From the IMG/VR virus record IMGVR_UViG_3300029368_000161: a DNA stretch of 64,000 nt; one strand, given 5' to 3'. A program made the position numbers and the translations under genes. Numbering within the stretch: the stretch's first letter is position 1; each line of letters opens with the position of its first letter. Shown piece after piece: positions 36,433 through 45,290 of this stretch. The notes under the pieces were generated by a model that was given only the letters and a program-made list of their open reading frames with translations, was not told where the DNA came from and made no database searches. The DNA comes from a virus.

Positions 36433-36510
36433 GTTATTTTTGGTTATTTTGGTTATTTTTCAAAATAAAACAAAATAAAACAAAATAAAACAAATAAAAA
36501 TCTCCGCCAA
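36433..36510. repeat. tandem microsatellite-like repeats (GGTTATTTT)x3 then (AAAACAAAAT)x4
   Basis: ggttatttttggttattttggttatttttcaaaataaaacaaaataaaacaaaataaaacaaataaaaa, immediately before a hairpin terminator (atctccgccaaaatagacggagattt). Confidence 0.7.
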
Positions 36511-36530
36511 AATAGACGGAGATTTGAAAA

Positions 36531-37151
36531 TTAACAGGTTAATTCGTAGTCGTACAGATCGAGCGGCGTTTTGTTTCCGCTGGACCACTCAAACTCTTCG
36601 TTGTCCCAAATGCTGCGGGCGTTGTTCAGATTGATCTCATCCGTCAATACCTTTTCTTCGATATTAATGAACCGTTCCAAAGATTCTTTGAAGCGGTTGA
36701 TGACTTCCTCGGGATTCTTTGAATGCCAGCTGTATTCGTCGAAAAACCTTCCACTGGCGGTAATTGTTAATTTCTCGCCGTTATCCGACAATCCAGATAG
36801 TTCAAGTGTAACCATTCCCTCGGAAATATCGCTATAATATTCGCCTGGTTTGTTGGTATCGTTGATTTTGTTCCCTAGTTCTTCCGCTTTTTCCATCATG
36901 CCCCAAATTTCCCCTGGAAGCGTAAGGTAGTCTTCTGGATAGTATTCCACGGTTGGGTTGATTTCCTCTTGCAGGAGATCTTCAACAAAATTGTCTCCTT
37001 TAAAAATAGCAAAAGAGTCGACACCTCTTGCGGAAACCTCAACTTTCCCGCATTTGCATGGGAATATTTTAAAAAGTCTTCTATCTCGAGTGTCATAAGC
37101 TACTGAAAAAATGCCGCATTCTTTGCATTTAAAATTTCTTTGTGTTTTCAT
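36531..37151 (-). CDS. hypothetical protein with N-terminal zinc-ribbon (about 206 aa)
   Basis: Minus-strand ORF. AAGGGAGAAAAATC-ATG start (MKTQRNFKCKECGIF...CKCG). The track ORF extends further upstream. Confidence 0.55.
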   Translation of the reverse strand: MKTQRNFKCKECGIFSVAYDTRDRRLFKIFPCKCGKVEVSARGVDSFAIFKGDNFVEDLLQEEINPTVEYYPEDYLTLPGEIWGMMEKAEELGNKINDTNKPGEYYSDISEGMVTLELSGLSDNGEKLTITASGRFFDEYSWHSKNPEEVINRFKESLERFINIEEKVLTDEINLNNARSIWDNEEFEWSSGNKTPLDLYDYELTC

Positions 37152-37159
37152 GATTTTTC

Positions 37160-37215
37160 TCCCTTCATCAATGGTTTTATTTACACTTTTAATATGAAAT
37201 ATTAAAAATATTTCA
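37160..37215 (-). promoter_or_regulatory. Type-A promoter/leader module on the minus strand
   Basis: Reverse complement reads tttcatattaaaagtgtaaataaaaccattgatgaagggagaaaaatcATG. Divergent from the plus-strand type-B promoter at 37230. Confidence 0.5.
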
Positions 37216-37229
37216 AAAAATTTCCCGGA

Positions 37230-37268
37230 AATTTTTGACGAAATTTCAAAAGGCGCAATATATGTAAT
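37230..37268 (+). promoter_or_regulatory. Type-B promoter
   Basis: atttttgacgaaatttcaaaaggcgcaatatatgtaatg. Confidence 0.5.
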
Positions 37269-37289
37269 GAAAGGAGGAGGAAATACAAA

Positions 37290-37622
37290 TTGAAATGTTT
37301 GACATGCAAGAAACACTGGTCGCAGGGAGGCCGCTGTTCAGAGAACGTGAGAAACTGCCTGCATTATGAGGAAGAACCAAGAGGAAAAATGGTCCGCACA
37401 GAACTGTCTTTTCGTATGGATGCAGAGGCGGAAACTCCGGTGGTCAGATTTGGAGAGAAAATACTGGTTTCCGATGGTTCAAAAGCGGTCGAGATGACTG
37501 TGGTCAAGATCAACTGGGTTAATCTTCGGGATATGCTCTGCAATGTATCCGCGGATTATCATGAGAATGAGATGCCGCGATTTGAGAAAGAAAAGAAGTT
37601 CAAAGCATTACATGGAAAATAG
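37290..37622 (+). CDS. hypothetical protein (110 aa, TTG start)
   Basis: AAAGGAGGAGG RBS. A TTG start gives the 110-aa product, whereas the nearby ATG gives only 26 aa. Start assignment uncertain. Confidence 0.4.
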   Translation: MKCLTCKKHWSQGGRCSENVRNCLHYEEEPRGKMVRTELSFRMDAEAETPVVRFGEKILVSDGSKAVEMTVVKINWVNLRDMLCNVSADYHENEMPRFEKEKKFKALHGK

Positions 37623-37781
37623 TTGCATTCCAGTGGAATGCATGGGGTGAAAGAAATAGGCAAATCGCATGACAATTTCTGAAATTAAATTGTTGCGCTC
37701 CCGTGGAGGGGGGCGTATGGATTGAAATGTGGAATCCTGTGATTGGCACATACTTGGGTGTAGTGCAGAAAAAGTGACCCA

Positions 37782-38057
37782 TTACAGATCACTTTCGATG
37801 AAAATTTGCTTTGCGATTTTTCCGATCACCCAATTTGGAATGTCGCTGCGGCATCCAGAATGGATTTCTCCGTTTTCAACAAAAAAGAATGCGGATTCTT
37901 CCGTTTTCATGCGGTCTAAAGCTTGCGCAGAAAAATATAAGGAATGGTGGAAGTCGCATCTTTGTGCCTCCTCATATGTATGGACTTCCTCTATTTTCCC
38001 ATCGATCAGGCTGACACAGCCGGACCAGAACTCTTTTCCTTCGAATATTGCTGCCAT
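37782..38057 (-). CDS. hypothetical protein (91 aa)
   Basis: Minus-strand ORF. TTGAAAGGAGCAAAAC-ATG start with a type-A motif upstream on the minus strand. Confidence 0.5.
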   Translation of the reverse strand: MAAIFEGKEFWSGCVSLIDGKIEEVHTYEEAQRCDFHHSLYFSAQALDRMKTEESAFFFVENGEIHSGCRSDIPNWVIGKIAKQIFIESDL

Positions 38058-38112
38058 GTTTTGCTCCTTTCAAAATACTTTCGTTTACACTTTCAATATG
38101 AAATGAAAATAT
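38058..38112 (-). promoter_or_regulatory. Type-A promoter/leader module on the minus strand
   Basis: Reverse complement reads tttcatattgaaagtgtaaacgaaagtattttgaaaggagcaaaacATG. Divergent from the type-B promoter at 38130. Confidence 0.5.
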
Positions 38113-38129
38113 TTCAAAACATTTCCAAA

Positions 38130-38170
38130 AACTTTTGACGATTTTTTAAATGGCGCAATATGTATCATGT
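38130..38170 (+). promoter_or_regulatory. Type-B promoter
   Basis: acttttgacgattttttaaatggcgcaatatgtatcatg. Confidence 0.5.
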
Positions 38171-38345
38171 AAAGGTCATAAACCGAGCTGCCAGGGTTAT
38201 CGGCTGGCAGAAATCTTTTCGATATTTGTTTACACTCCGGGGAAACCCGGAAGGGGTAGTGAGGACGCAGCGTGTGCTGTTTCCGGGTTCGATTCCCGGG
38301 TATCCCTTTTGACTGCCACATACGGTCTTCTCAAAATTCAGCCGT
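38171..38345 (+). promoter_or_regulatory. L1 structured 5' leader RNA, copy c
   Basis: gtaaaggtcataaaccgagctgccagggttatcggctggcag...tccggggaaacccggaa-GGGGTA-gtgaggacgcagcgtgtgctgtt-tccgggttcgattcccgg-GTATCCC-tttt. The loop change GGTTACCGG to GGTTATCGG and the outer stem GGGGTA/TATCCC covary relative to copies a and b. Confidence 0.5.
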
Positions 38346-38588
38346 CTGCGGCCTGTGGAACTTTCCACTGGACCAAAATAACGATAACCGCCAGAATAAC
38401 AGCAGCGTGCGTTGGCGTGAGAACTATCGGCGCACAGGGATTACTCCTTTCATATTTATCTATCAAACCTTTCCGTACATCGTATGGAAAGGTTATGGGA
38501 CAGCAGGTGCATAGACATGAACTATTCCGGGATCGTTTCCCGGATGTTCCATTTTTAAAACATTAAAACAAATCATAGGAGGGAATTG

Positions 38589-39314
38589 ATGATGGAGAAA
38601 GAAGTAGTATATGTTGCAGAACTGGATTCCGATGTTGATGATGTCGTTGCGGCACATTACTTATTTAACGAGGGTGTGTTAAAGTGTGTAGTATGCGATC
38701 CATATCCAAGAACACCGGAGGGGTTGGCACGAAAGGGAAAGCTGGAAACGCTTGGCATCGATGTGGTTAAGAAAATGCCACCGGTTGCAAAATATGTGTT
38801 TGTTGGCGGCGCTCTTACGGCTGTTGCTGGCTATATCCGGATGCACCATGTCGACTGGCTGGTAATGAACGGAGGCTTTGTTGGAGCAAATATTGCGACC
38901 TTTGAACTGGATAAGTTCAAGGGGAAGAACACTGTCCGTACCTTCAATTTCAACTGCGATGTTGTGGCTGCAGATACGGTTTTGAAAACTGATGAGAAGC
39001 ATATTTCTCATATTGTTCTTGTCGGAAAAAACGTCTGCCATGACGTCCGAAATACGAAAAATGGTCTCTGGAGTGGCGAGAAATACAAGAAATTGTTCGA
39101 TGAGTACCGGGTTAAGGATGAGAAGCGTCAACACGACTTGCTTGCCTGCCATGAGGGGCTTGCATTTCTGCGGGGAACCAATGCGATCTGTGAGTATGAG
39201 ATGGTAAGACCATACAACACAGGCTTGAATGGCAAGCTGACGCAGTGGGGTAGCACAAAAACCATGGAAACACCATATCGCGAAGTGCTTGCTGCTGTTG
39301 GCTACCAGAATTAA
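38589..39314 (+). CDS. nucleoside hydrolase-like protein (IU-NH family signature DxDxxxDD)
   Basis: N-terminal VYVAELDSDVDDVVAAHYL matches the IUNH aspartate cluster. 241 aa. ATAGGAGGGAATTG-ATG start. Confidence 0.5.
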   Translation: MMEKEVVYVAELDSDVDDVVAAHYLFNEGVLKCVVCDPYPRTPEGLARKGKLETLGIDVVKKMPPVAKYVFVGGALTAVAGYIRMHHVDWLVMNGGFVGANIATFELDKFKGKNTVRTFNFNCDVVAADTVLKTDEKHISHIVLVGKNVCHDVRNTKNGLWSGEKYKKLFDEYRVKDEKRQHDLLACHEGLAFLRGTNAICEYEMVRPYNTGLNGKLTQWGSTKTMETPYREVLAAVGYQN

Positions 39315-39316
39315 AA

Positions 39317-39488
39317 GCTGCATCATGTGCGGGGGTGTATGGATTGAAATGTCGGAGTATGGTGTAAGAATCATATATATTCCTACGTTGTGCTCCTCCC
39401 GGTTGGTGCATGGGTTGAAATATAGTTCTAAAAATGGTTGGAAGACCTGTTTTTTGGTTACACCCATTGTCAGCTGTAAACCACAGTT
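39317..39488 (+). CRISPR. Mini CRISPR array M2: 3 degenerate repeats, 2 spacers, starting 2 nt after the stop of the preceding gene
   Basis: gctgcatcatgtgcgggggtgtatggattgaaat / spacer gtcggagtatggtgtaagaatcatatatattcct / acgttgtgctcctcccggttggtgcatgggttgaaat / spacer atagttctaaaaatggttggaagacctgttttttg / gttacacccattgtcagctgtaaaccacagtt. Confidence 0.55.
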
Positions 39489-40119
39489 AAGGCTTTCGGA
39501 TGCGGTTAAAGTTTAAAAAGGCAACACCGCCAGATGGCTGTTCCTTTCGCGCCCTGAGATCAAGAAATCATTATGGGGCGGGCACTTACCAAATGAACTT
39601 GAAAGAAAGATCTACGTGGAATCCATGATCCACAGGACAAAGGATAATCCCATTGTCCTTTATGACTTTGATGACAGGTTTTACCAGTGCATGTACATGC
39701 TCCACTATGCGTGAAGATGGCACAGTCGCTGAAAGACGGTTCTTAAAACTCCCGGCAGAATACGACTCTCTGCAACATAAGATCGATCATATCAAACGTG
39801 CACGGCACCATGGTTCCAGACGTGTTTCAAACCTCTGGGCATATGCAGACGACGTCAATAAAGACATTGTTGTAAAAACAGCCCAGTTTGTTACGGATAC
39901 TGCCGTGCTGCATGTTAACAGCATGCAGTTGCGGTGTTATCACTGTGTCCTCAGTCAGCGAGTCCATACGGGAAAACAGGTATGGAAGCACGCGAATTTA
40001 GTCATGTGAGACTTCACGGCCGGCCGCCGAAAGGACGTACACTACAAAAGCCTTTTGCACCTGACTTTTCTGTGGTATACTGAAAATATAAAAGATATTT
40101 CAAGGAGAAGGCAGAGAAA

Positions 40120-40992
40120 ATGAGAAAAAGTGTGAAAGATTTTGGAAATTTTGTAAGAAAAGACAATTACCCGGAGCTTCCAGAAGAATTGAAAGAATTT
40201 AACTATTTTTTGAGTGATGGCGAGACGGGACATGTGATCATGGCTGTGCCTGAGCACACTTTGAATAAAGCAGAAGAAAATGTGGATGAACTGGATGATT
40301 ACGAATGTCCAGTTCCAGTGGCATATGTTCTTAAGAATGGCTATCGGCTGTATAAGAACCATGTAATATGCCAGGTTCCGTACGATGAGAAACTGGGGAT
40401 GCGTATTCCGGAAGAATATTACGAACCGTCGATTATTTCTACAGATGCCGGGGAAGCAGAGAATCCGGTGTCCGGAGAGTTCCCTTATGAGAAAAGGAAA
40501 TGCTATCCAGAATTTGCAAACCATGCAGAAGCTGTAGTTGCGGACATCGTTAAGGATTACGTGCAGATCCGCGTATTTTTTAAAAATCCTACAGAAAACG
40601 AGATTGCACAGTTTTCTCCGGATGCCAGACTGAAAATTCGTTTTACGGAGATGGATGGAACCTGTCTGTTTACCGTTAAAGCTGGTGATTTGTCATGGAT
40701 GGATGCACCATACCATGCAAAACTTGCAAAAGATTTGTCTGGATTCGACTTTACAGGTGAAGGTGAGATTCCGTTATATCTCCTCCTGATCGACTCATCG
40801 AATGGTGAGGTCAAAGCGGTTCGAAATGTCCAGTTGTCAGAAGAGTTTTCCAGCAAATTGAGAAATCTGGTGGATCGTCAGGTCAACTCTGATTTTGATA
40901 AAAAGAAATATGCGGATATATTGTCCAACATTTATCTCCTTTTTTCATCGGATGAGCTGGCGGATGCCAGCACCATTAAGTGTCAGTGGTAG
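40120..40992 (+). CDS. hypothetical protein (290 aa)
   Basis: RBS CAAGGAGAAGGCAGAGAAA-ATG. Extended -10 tgtggTATACT upstream at about 40068-40078. Confidence 0.55.
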   Translation: MRKSVKDFGNFVRKDNYPELPEELKEFNYFLSDGETGHVIMAVPEHTLNKAEENVDELDDYECPVPVAYVLKNGYRLYKNHVICQVPYDEKLGMRIPEEYYEPSIISTDAGEAENPVSGEFPYEKRKCYPEFANHAEAVVADIVKDYVQIRVFFKNPTENEIAQFSPDARLKIRFTEMDGTCLFTVKAGDLSWMDAPYHAKLAKDLSGFDFTGEGEIPLYLLLIDSSNGEVKAVRNVQLSEEFSSKLRNLVDRQVNSDFDKKKYADILSNIYLLFSSDELADASTIKCQW

Positions 40993-41012
40993 GTAAGAAG
41001 ATATACTTTACT

Positions 41013-41231
41013 GTTGCGCCCCATTGGGTGCATGGGTTGAAATCTTTATGACCTTCTGAAAAGTGAGGGCATCTTAGTTGCACCCCCGCAAGGGATGTAT
41101 GGGTTGAAATTCAATAGAAACAGATGCATTCGAAGGCGTTACAAGTTGCACCCCGCGAGGGGTGTATGGGTTGAAATTGCAGAAAGCTCAGGATTGGAAG
41201 GTTGCATCCTATGGGATGCATGGATTGAAAC
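41013..41231 (+). CRISPR. Mini CRISPR array M3: 4 repeats, 3 spacers; the middle repeat-spacer-repeat unit is near-identical to M1
   Basis: gttgcgccccattgggtgcatgggttgaaat / ctttatgaccttctgaaaagtgagggcatctta / gttgcacccccgcaagggatgtatgggttgaaat / tcaatagaaacagatgcattcgaaggcgttacaa / gttgcaccccgcgaggggtgtatgggttgaaat / tgcagaaagctcaggattggaag / gttgcatcctatgggatgcatggattgaaac. Confidence 0.7.
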
Positions 41232-41329
41232 GAACATATTTGTTATTATTTATTATTGAGATCAGAAAGGTCTGCAGTCAGTTAATCTGGCTGCAGATTT
41301 TTTTTTGCAATTTTTTAAAAATTTTCCAA

Positions 41330-41370
41330 AATCTTTTGACGATTTTTTAAAAGGCGCAATATACATATTG
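41330..41370 (+). promoter_or_regulatory. Type-B promoter (first of two tandem copies upstream of cas5c)
   Basis: atcttttgacgattttttaaaaggcgcaatatacatattgaagggataaacaggggcttaccg. The +1 region TATTGAAGGRATAAACAGGGGCTTRCCG is shared with the 41593 copy. Confidence 0.5.
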
Positions 41371-41580
41371 AAGGGATAAACAGGGGCTTACCGTTTGTTT
41401 CTTCAATAAGAGTTTTTCTCTTATATGCCTCCTTAAGTTTCCTGCGCTGCATTTACAGCATTTTGGCAGCGCAGGGGGAATCCACAGGACTGCATTTGAC
41501 GTTGTGTGGCGGCCTGCTCATCCGGTTCAACCCCGGAGGATTCCCTTACCGCTTATTTTTGCGGAGACAAAAATTTTAAA
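41371..41580 (+). promoter_or_regulatory. L2 structured leader (paralog of 11781-11999), ending in T-arm-like hairpin tccggttcaaccccgga
   Basis: cagcgcagggggaatccacaggactgcatttgacgttgtgtggcggcctgctcatccggttcaaccccggaggattccc, then a weak terminator ccgcttatttttgcgg. Confidence 0.4.
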
Positions 41581-41592
41581 AAATATTCAAAA

Positions 41593-41632
41593 ATTCTTTG
41601 ACGATTTTTTAAAAGGCGCAATATGTGTATTG
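41593..41632 (+). promoter_or_regulatory. Type-B promoter (second tandem copy, proximal to cas5c)
   Basis: ttctttgacgattttttaaaaggcgcaatatgtgtattgaaggaataaacaggggcttgccg. Confidence 0.5.
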
Positions 41633-41677
41633 AAGGAATAAACAGGGGCTTGCCGCTGTTGATTACCAGAGTTAAAA

Positions 41678-41709
41678 GTTGTGCCCCTATGGGGTGCATG
41701 GGTAATAAG
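41678..41709 (+). repeat. solitary degenerate CRISPR repeat in the cas5c 5' UTR
   Basis: gttgtgcccctatggggtgcatgggtaataag versus the M3 repeat gttgcgccccattgggtgcatgggttgaaat (hairpin-forming core retained). It ends 9 nt before the cas5c ATG. Confidence 0.55.
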
Positions 41710-41717
41710 AGAAAGGA

Positions 41718-42392
41718 ATGGAAAAAGAAAAAATGGGAGTGAAACTAAAAGTCTGGGGAGATTACGCATTGTTCACCAGACCAGAACTGAAAACTGAACG
41801 GTATACATACGATGTGATGACACCGTCGGCGGCTAGAGGAATTCTGGAATCTATCTACTGGCATCCGGGACTTCGGTGGTATGTAGACAAGATTCATGTA
41901 TTAAATCCGATTGCCACTACGAGCGTGAGAAGAAATGAACTTCTCAGTAAGATACCAAAGTCAAATATGCTGCAGGCATACAACGGCGGGGATGTGAAAC
42001 TGTATAACTCGTCAAGAGACGATATTATCCAGAGGGCATCTGTTATTCTCCGGGATGTCTGCTATGTGATTGAGGCGCATTTTGAAATGACAGGGAAAGC
42101 GAGCCCAACAGACAGCCCGGCAAAGTTTATAAGTATCTTTAACAACAGGGCAAGAAAAGGGGCATGTTATTCGATGCCGTATTTTGGTGTAAGGGAATTC
42201 CCGGCACACTTTGAACTCTGCGAAGGAGATGAAAAGATCCCATCCTACTATGAAGGACTTCCGGATAAAGATCTCGGGCTGATGCTTTATGATCTGGATT
42301 ACTCCTGCGGTAGAGATATCCAGCCAATGTATTATCATGCGATTATGAAAAACGGCGTTATTGACGTTGGAAACAGTGAGGTGCTTCGATGA
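41718..42392 (+). CDS. cas5c: Cas5c (type I-C Cas5d; Cascade subunit and pre-crRNA endoribonuclease)
   Basis: N-terminus ...KLKVWGDYALFTRPELKTERYTYDVMTPSAARGILESIYWHP matches the Cas5d hallmark. 224 aa. Overlaps cas8c by ATGA. Confidence 0.8.
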   Translation: MEKEKMGVKLKVWGDYALFTRPELKTERYTYDVMTPSAARGILESIYWHPGLRWYVDKIHVLNPIATTSVRRNELLSKIPKSNMLQAYNGGDVKLYNSSRDDIIQRASVILRDVCYVIEAHFEMTGKASPTDSPAKFISIFNNRARKGACYSMPYFGVREFPAHFELCEGDEKIPSYYEGLPDKDLGLMLYDLDYSCGRDIQPMYYHAIMKNGVIDVGNSEVLR

Positions 42393-44128
42393 TCCTTCAG
42401 TCACTTGTGAAATTATATGAAACACTTGCGGATCAGGGAAAAGTGTCCCGTCCTGGCTGGTGTAATGCAAAGGTATCCTATGCGGTGGTTTTAAACCATG
42501 ATGGGACGATTAAAGATATTGTTTCCGTGAAACAGAAAGTGAAGAGAGGAAAGAAGACTGTTGAAATTCCAATAATTATGCAGGTTCCAGAGATGGTCAC
42601 CCGCGCTAACAACATTGCCTCCAGCTTTCTCTGCGAAAATGCAAAGTATCTCTTTGGGATTGACGAAAAGATGAGTTTGCGTACACTGGAATGTTTTAAG
42701 GCGGCAAAGAAAAAACATCTTGATATTCTTGATGTTGTGGATTCACCTGTAGCACAGACGGTATGTAACTTTTTCCGTTCATGGGATCCGGAACAGGCGT
42801 TGGATCAACCGGCTGTTGCAAAACTTGCAGAAGAGTTTTATAAAGGCGGAAACCTCGTTTTTGAAGTAGATGGGGAATATGTGCATGATAATGAAGAAGT
42901 CCGCAGGGCATGGATGGATTACAGCAGTGTACCATATGAAATGGTAATTGGAAGATGCCTTATTACTGGAGAGGAAGCGGAGATTGCCCGCACGCACGGG
43001 AAAATCAAAGGAGTTCCGGGAGCACAGTCATCTGGCGCGTCGCTTGTATCATTTAACGGAGCATCCCTTGAGTCTTATGAAAAAACACAGAGCTACAACG
43101 CGCCGATTAGCACCTATGCGGCGTATGCATATGTGACCGCGCTGAATTACTTGCTTTCTACGGACGGGTATCACAGCAAGGTAGGAGATTCCATGGTGGT
43201 TTTCTGGACAGATTCCGGGGATGTGGATGATGTGAGCAGACTGCGGAAGATGATGGGAAGCATCAATGAAAAGGATCACACCCCTACAGATACGGATGAA
43301 AAACTGTACGTCCTCTGCCTTGCACCAAATGCCGGGCGAATTGCAGTCCGGTTCTTCTATGAGGATGCGATCGGGGTAATCTGGGAAAACCTGTCCGAAC
43401 ATGCCAGTCGGATGAAGATTGTAAAACCAGTATTTGAGGATCAAGAATTTATCAATATCTGGCAGATGCTCATGGAGACAGTCAACCAGAATCTTACAGA
43501 TAAAACACCTGTCCCGCATATGTCAGCAATGACGTTACAGTCAGTCATTTCGGATACACCGTATCCGCAGAGTCTGTATGCAGGTGTGTTATCTCGTATC
43601 CGCGCGGAGCACAAAGGTGTTACTTACAGAAAAGCATCGATTATTAAAGCTTTTTTAATAAAGAACTACAAATGGGAGGAAGGAAAAAATATGGAAGCAT
43701 TAAATGAAGGCTGTAAGGATCGGGCATATATCCTTGGAAGACTGTTTGCGGTTATGGAAAAGGCACAGAAAGAAGCAGTTGGCAATATCAACCAGACAAT
43801 TTGTGATAAGTTTTACAATTCCGCGTGCACAACACCAAGATCGATCTTTCCAGTACTGATCAGGCTATCTAACAGTCATTTAAGTAAGTTGAAACGGACA
43901 AAACCGGGGAGAGGATATTATTTTACAGCTAAAATGCAGGATTTAATGGATAAAATTCCGGTAACAGATGATGATCCGGGATTCCCGCGGCGTTTCTCAT
44001 ATGAGGATCAGGGTAAGTTTGCACTTGGTTATTATCATCAGATGCGGGCGGAATATACAAGCAGTAAGTTAAAAGATAATGATTCAGAAGGTGATCAGAC
44101 AAATGCAGAGAATATGGAGGAAAACTAA
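42389..44128 (+). CDS. cas8c: Cas8c (Csd1, type I-C large subunit)
   Basis: 579 aa, of the size expected for Cas8c/Csd1. Assigned from the conserved order cas5c-cas8c-cas7c and translational coupling to cas5c (ATGA overlap). Confidence 0.7.
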   Translation: MILQSLVKLYETLADQGKVSRPGWCNAKVSYAVVLNHDGTIKDIVSVKQKVKRGKKTVEIPIIMQVPEMVTRANNIASSFLCENAKYLFGIDEKMSLRTLECFKAAKKKHLDILDVVDSPVAQTVCNFFRSWDPEQALDQPAVAKLAEEFYKGGNLVFEVDGEYVHDNEEVRRAWMDYSSVPYEMVIGRCLITGEEAEIARTHGKIKGVPGAQSSGASLVSFNGASLESYEKTQSYNAPISTYAAYAYVTALNYLLSTDGYHSKVGDSMVVFWTDSGDVDDVSRLRKMMGSINEKDHTPTDTDEKLYVLCLAPNAGRIAVRFFYEDAIGVIWENLSEHASRMKIVKPVFEDQEFINIWQMLMETVNQNLTDKTPVPHMSAMTLQSVISDTPYPQSLYAGVLSRIRAEHKGVTYRKASIIKAFLIKNYKWEEGKNMEALNEGCKDRAYILGRLFAVMEKAQKEAVGNINQTICDKFYNSACTTPRSIFPVLIRLSNSHLSKLKRTKPGRGYYFTAKMQDLMDKIPVTDDDPGFPRRFSYEDQGKFALGYYHQMRAEYTSSKLKDNDSEGDQTNAENMEEN

Positions 44129-44129
44129 G

Positions 44130-45041
44130 ATGAGCACACCAATTAAGAACAGATATGATTTCGTAGTATTATTCGACGTAGAGAATGGAAATCCGAACGG
44201 TGATCCGGATGCCGGAAATATGCCGAGAGTTGATCCAGAGACTGGCATCGGGCTTGTGACAGATGCCTGCATAAAGCGCAAGATCCGTAATTATGTGGAA
44301 ACTGTAAAAGAAGATGCAGCCGGGTTCAAGATCTATATTAAAGAGGGGGTCCCGCTGAACCGGAGTGACCTTAAGGCAGTCGAAAGTCTTGGTATTGACG
44401 TCGGTGACGACAAAAATGCACTTGAAGATGTAAAGAAGCTGAAAAAGACAGATGAAGATGTGGATCTTAAGCTCCGTGACTATATGTGTAGTAATTTCTA
44501 TGATATCCGTACATTTGGTGCTGTCTTGACTACCTTTACAAAGGCGGCATTAAACTGTGGGCAGGTACGTGGCCCGGTACAGATTGGTTTTGCAAAAAGT
44601 ATTGATCCTGTTTTCAGCCAGGATATTACTGTAACCAGAGTTGCAATCACAACGGAAAAGGATGCGGAAAAGAAAAATACAGAAATGGGAAGAAAGAGTA
44701 TTATTCCTTATGGACTTTACCGTGTGGAGGGATATATTTCTGCTAATCTTGCCCGTAAGACCACCGGCTTTTCTGAAGACGATCTGGAACTGCTTTGGGA
44801 AGCAATCATTAACATGTTTGAGAATGACCATTCCGCAGCACGCGGGAAGATGGCAGTGCGTGAGCTCATCGTATTCAAGCATAACAGCGAGCTTGGCAAT
44901 TGTCCATCGTACAAACTGTTTGAAACTGTTGATGTTAAGAAGAATGATGGTGTTGAGTTTCCTCGTAAATATTCCGATTATGCAGTGACTATTCATGAGG
45001 ATGCGATTCCGGATGGCGTGACAATGACTCGCAAAATCTAA
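44130..45041 (+). CDS. cas7c: Cas7c (Csd2/DevR family, type I-C backbone subunit)
   Basis: MSTPIKNRYDFVVLFDVENGNPNGDPDAGNMPRVDPETGIGLVTDACIKRKIRNYVE. The GNPNGDPD motif is the Csd2/Cas7 signature. RBS GGAGGAAAACTAAG-ATG. Confidence 0.85.
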   Translation: MSTPIKNRYDFVVLFDVENGNPNGDPDAGNMPRVDPETGIGLVTDACIKRKIRNYVETVKEDAAGFKIYIKEGVPLNRSDLKAVESLGIDVGDDKNALEDVKKLKKTDEDVDLKLRDYMCSNFYDIRTFGAVLTTFTKAALNCGQVRGPVQIGFAKSIDPVFSQDITVTRVAITTEKDAEKKNTEMGRKSIIPYGLYRVEGYISANLARKTTGFSEDDLELLWEAIINMFENDHSAARGKMAVRELIVFKHNSELGNCPSYKLFETVDVKKNDGVEFPRKYSDYAVTIHEDAIPDGVTMTRKI

Positions 45042-45290
45042 AAAGATTTCCAGAGATTACAAGGCAACCCGCGTTTTGCGGGCTGCATCTGCTTGGGTTA
45101 TGCCGAAATGTAGAATTCCGGTGCGAACTGAAAGCTTACATAGCTTCTCTGGGAGACTCGCACCGGAAATGGAGGTATTAGTGTACAAAAAGAACACAAA
45201 ACCCAACTGTATAAGGCCGTTTGAGAACAATTAATTAGAGGAATTGTTTATATTTTGGCGATCGGGAGAGTTGTTTCTGTTCACTTTTAC

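Noticed and set aside
39653-40009. 118-aa ORF in the GC-rich 39490-40100 segment
   Set aside because: There is no RBS and the composition is atypical. It is probably non-coding or a decayed fragment. The segment more likely contains the promoter (extended -10 tgtggTATACT) for the 40120 gene.
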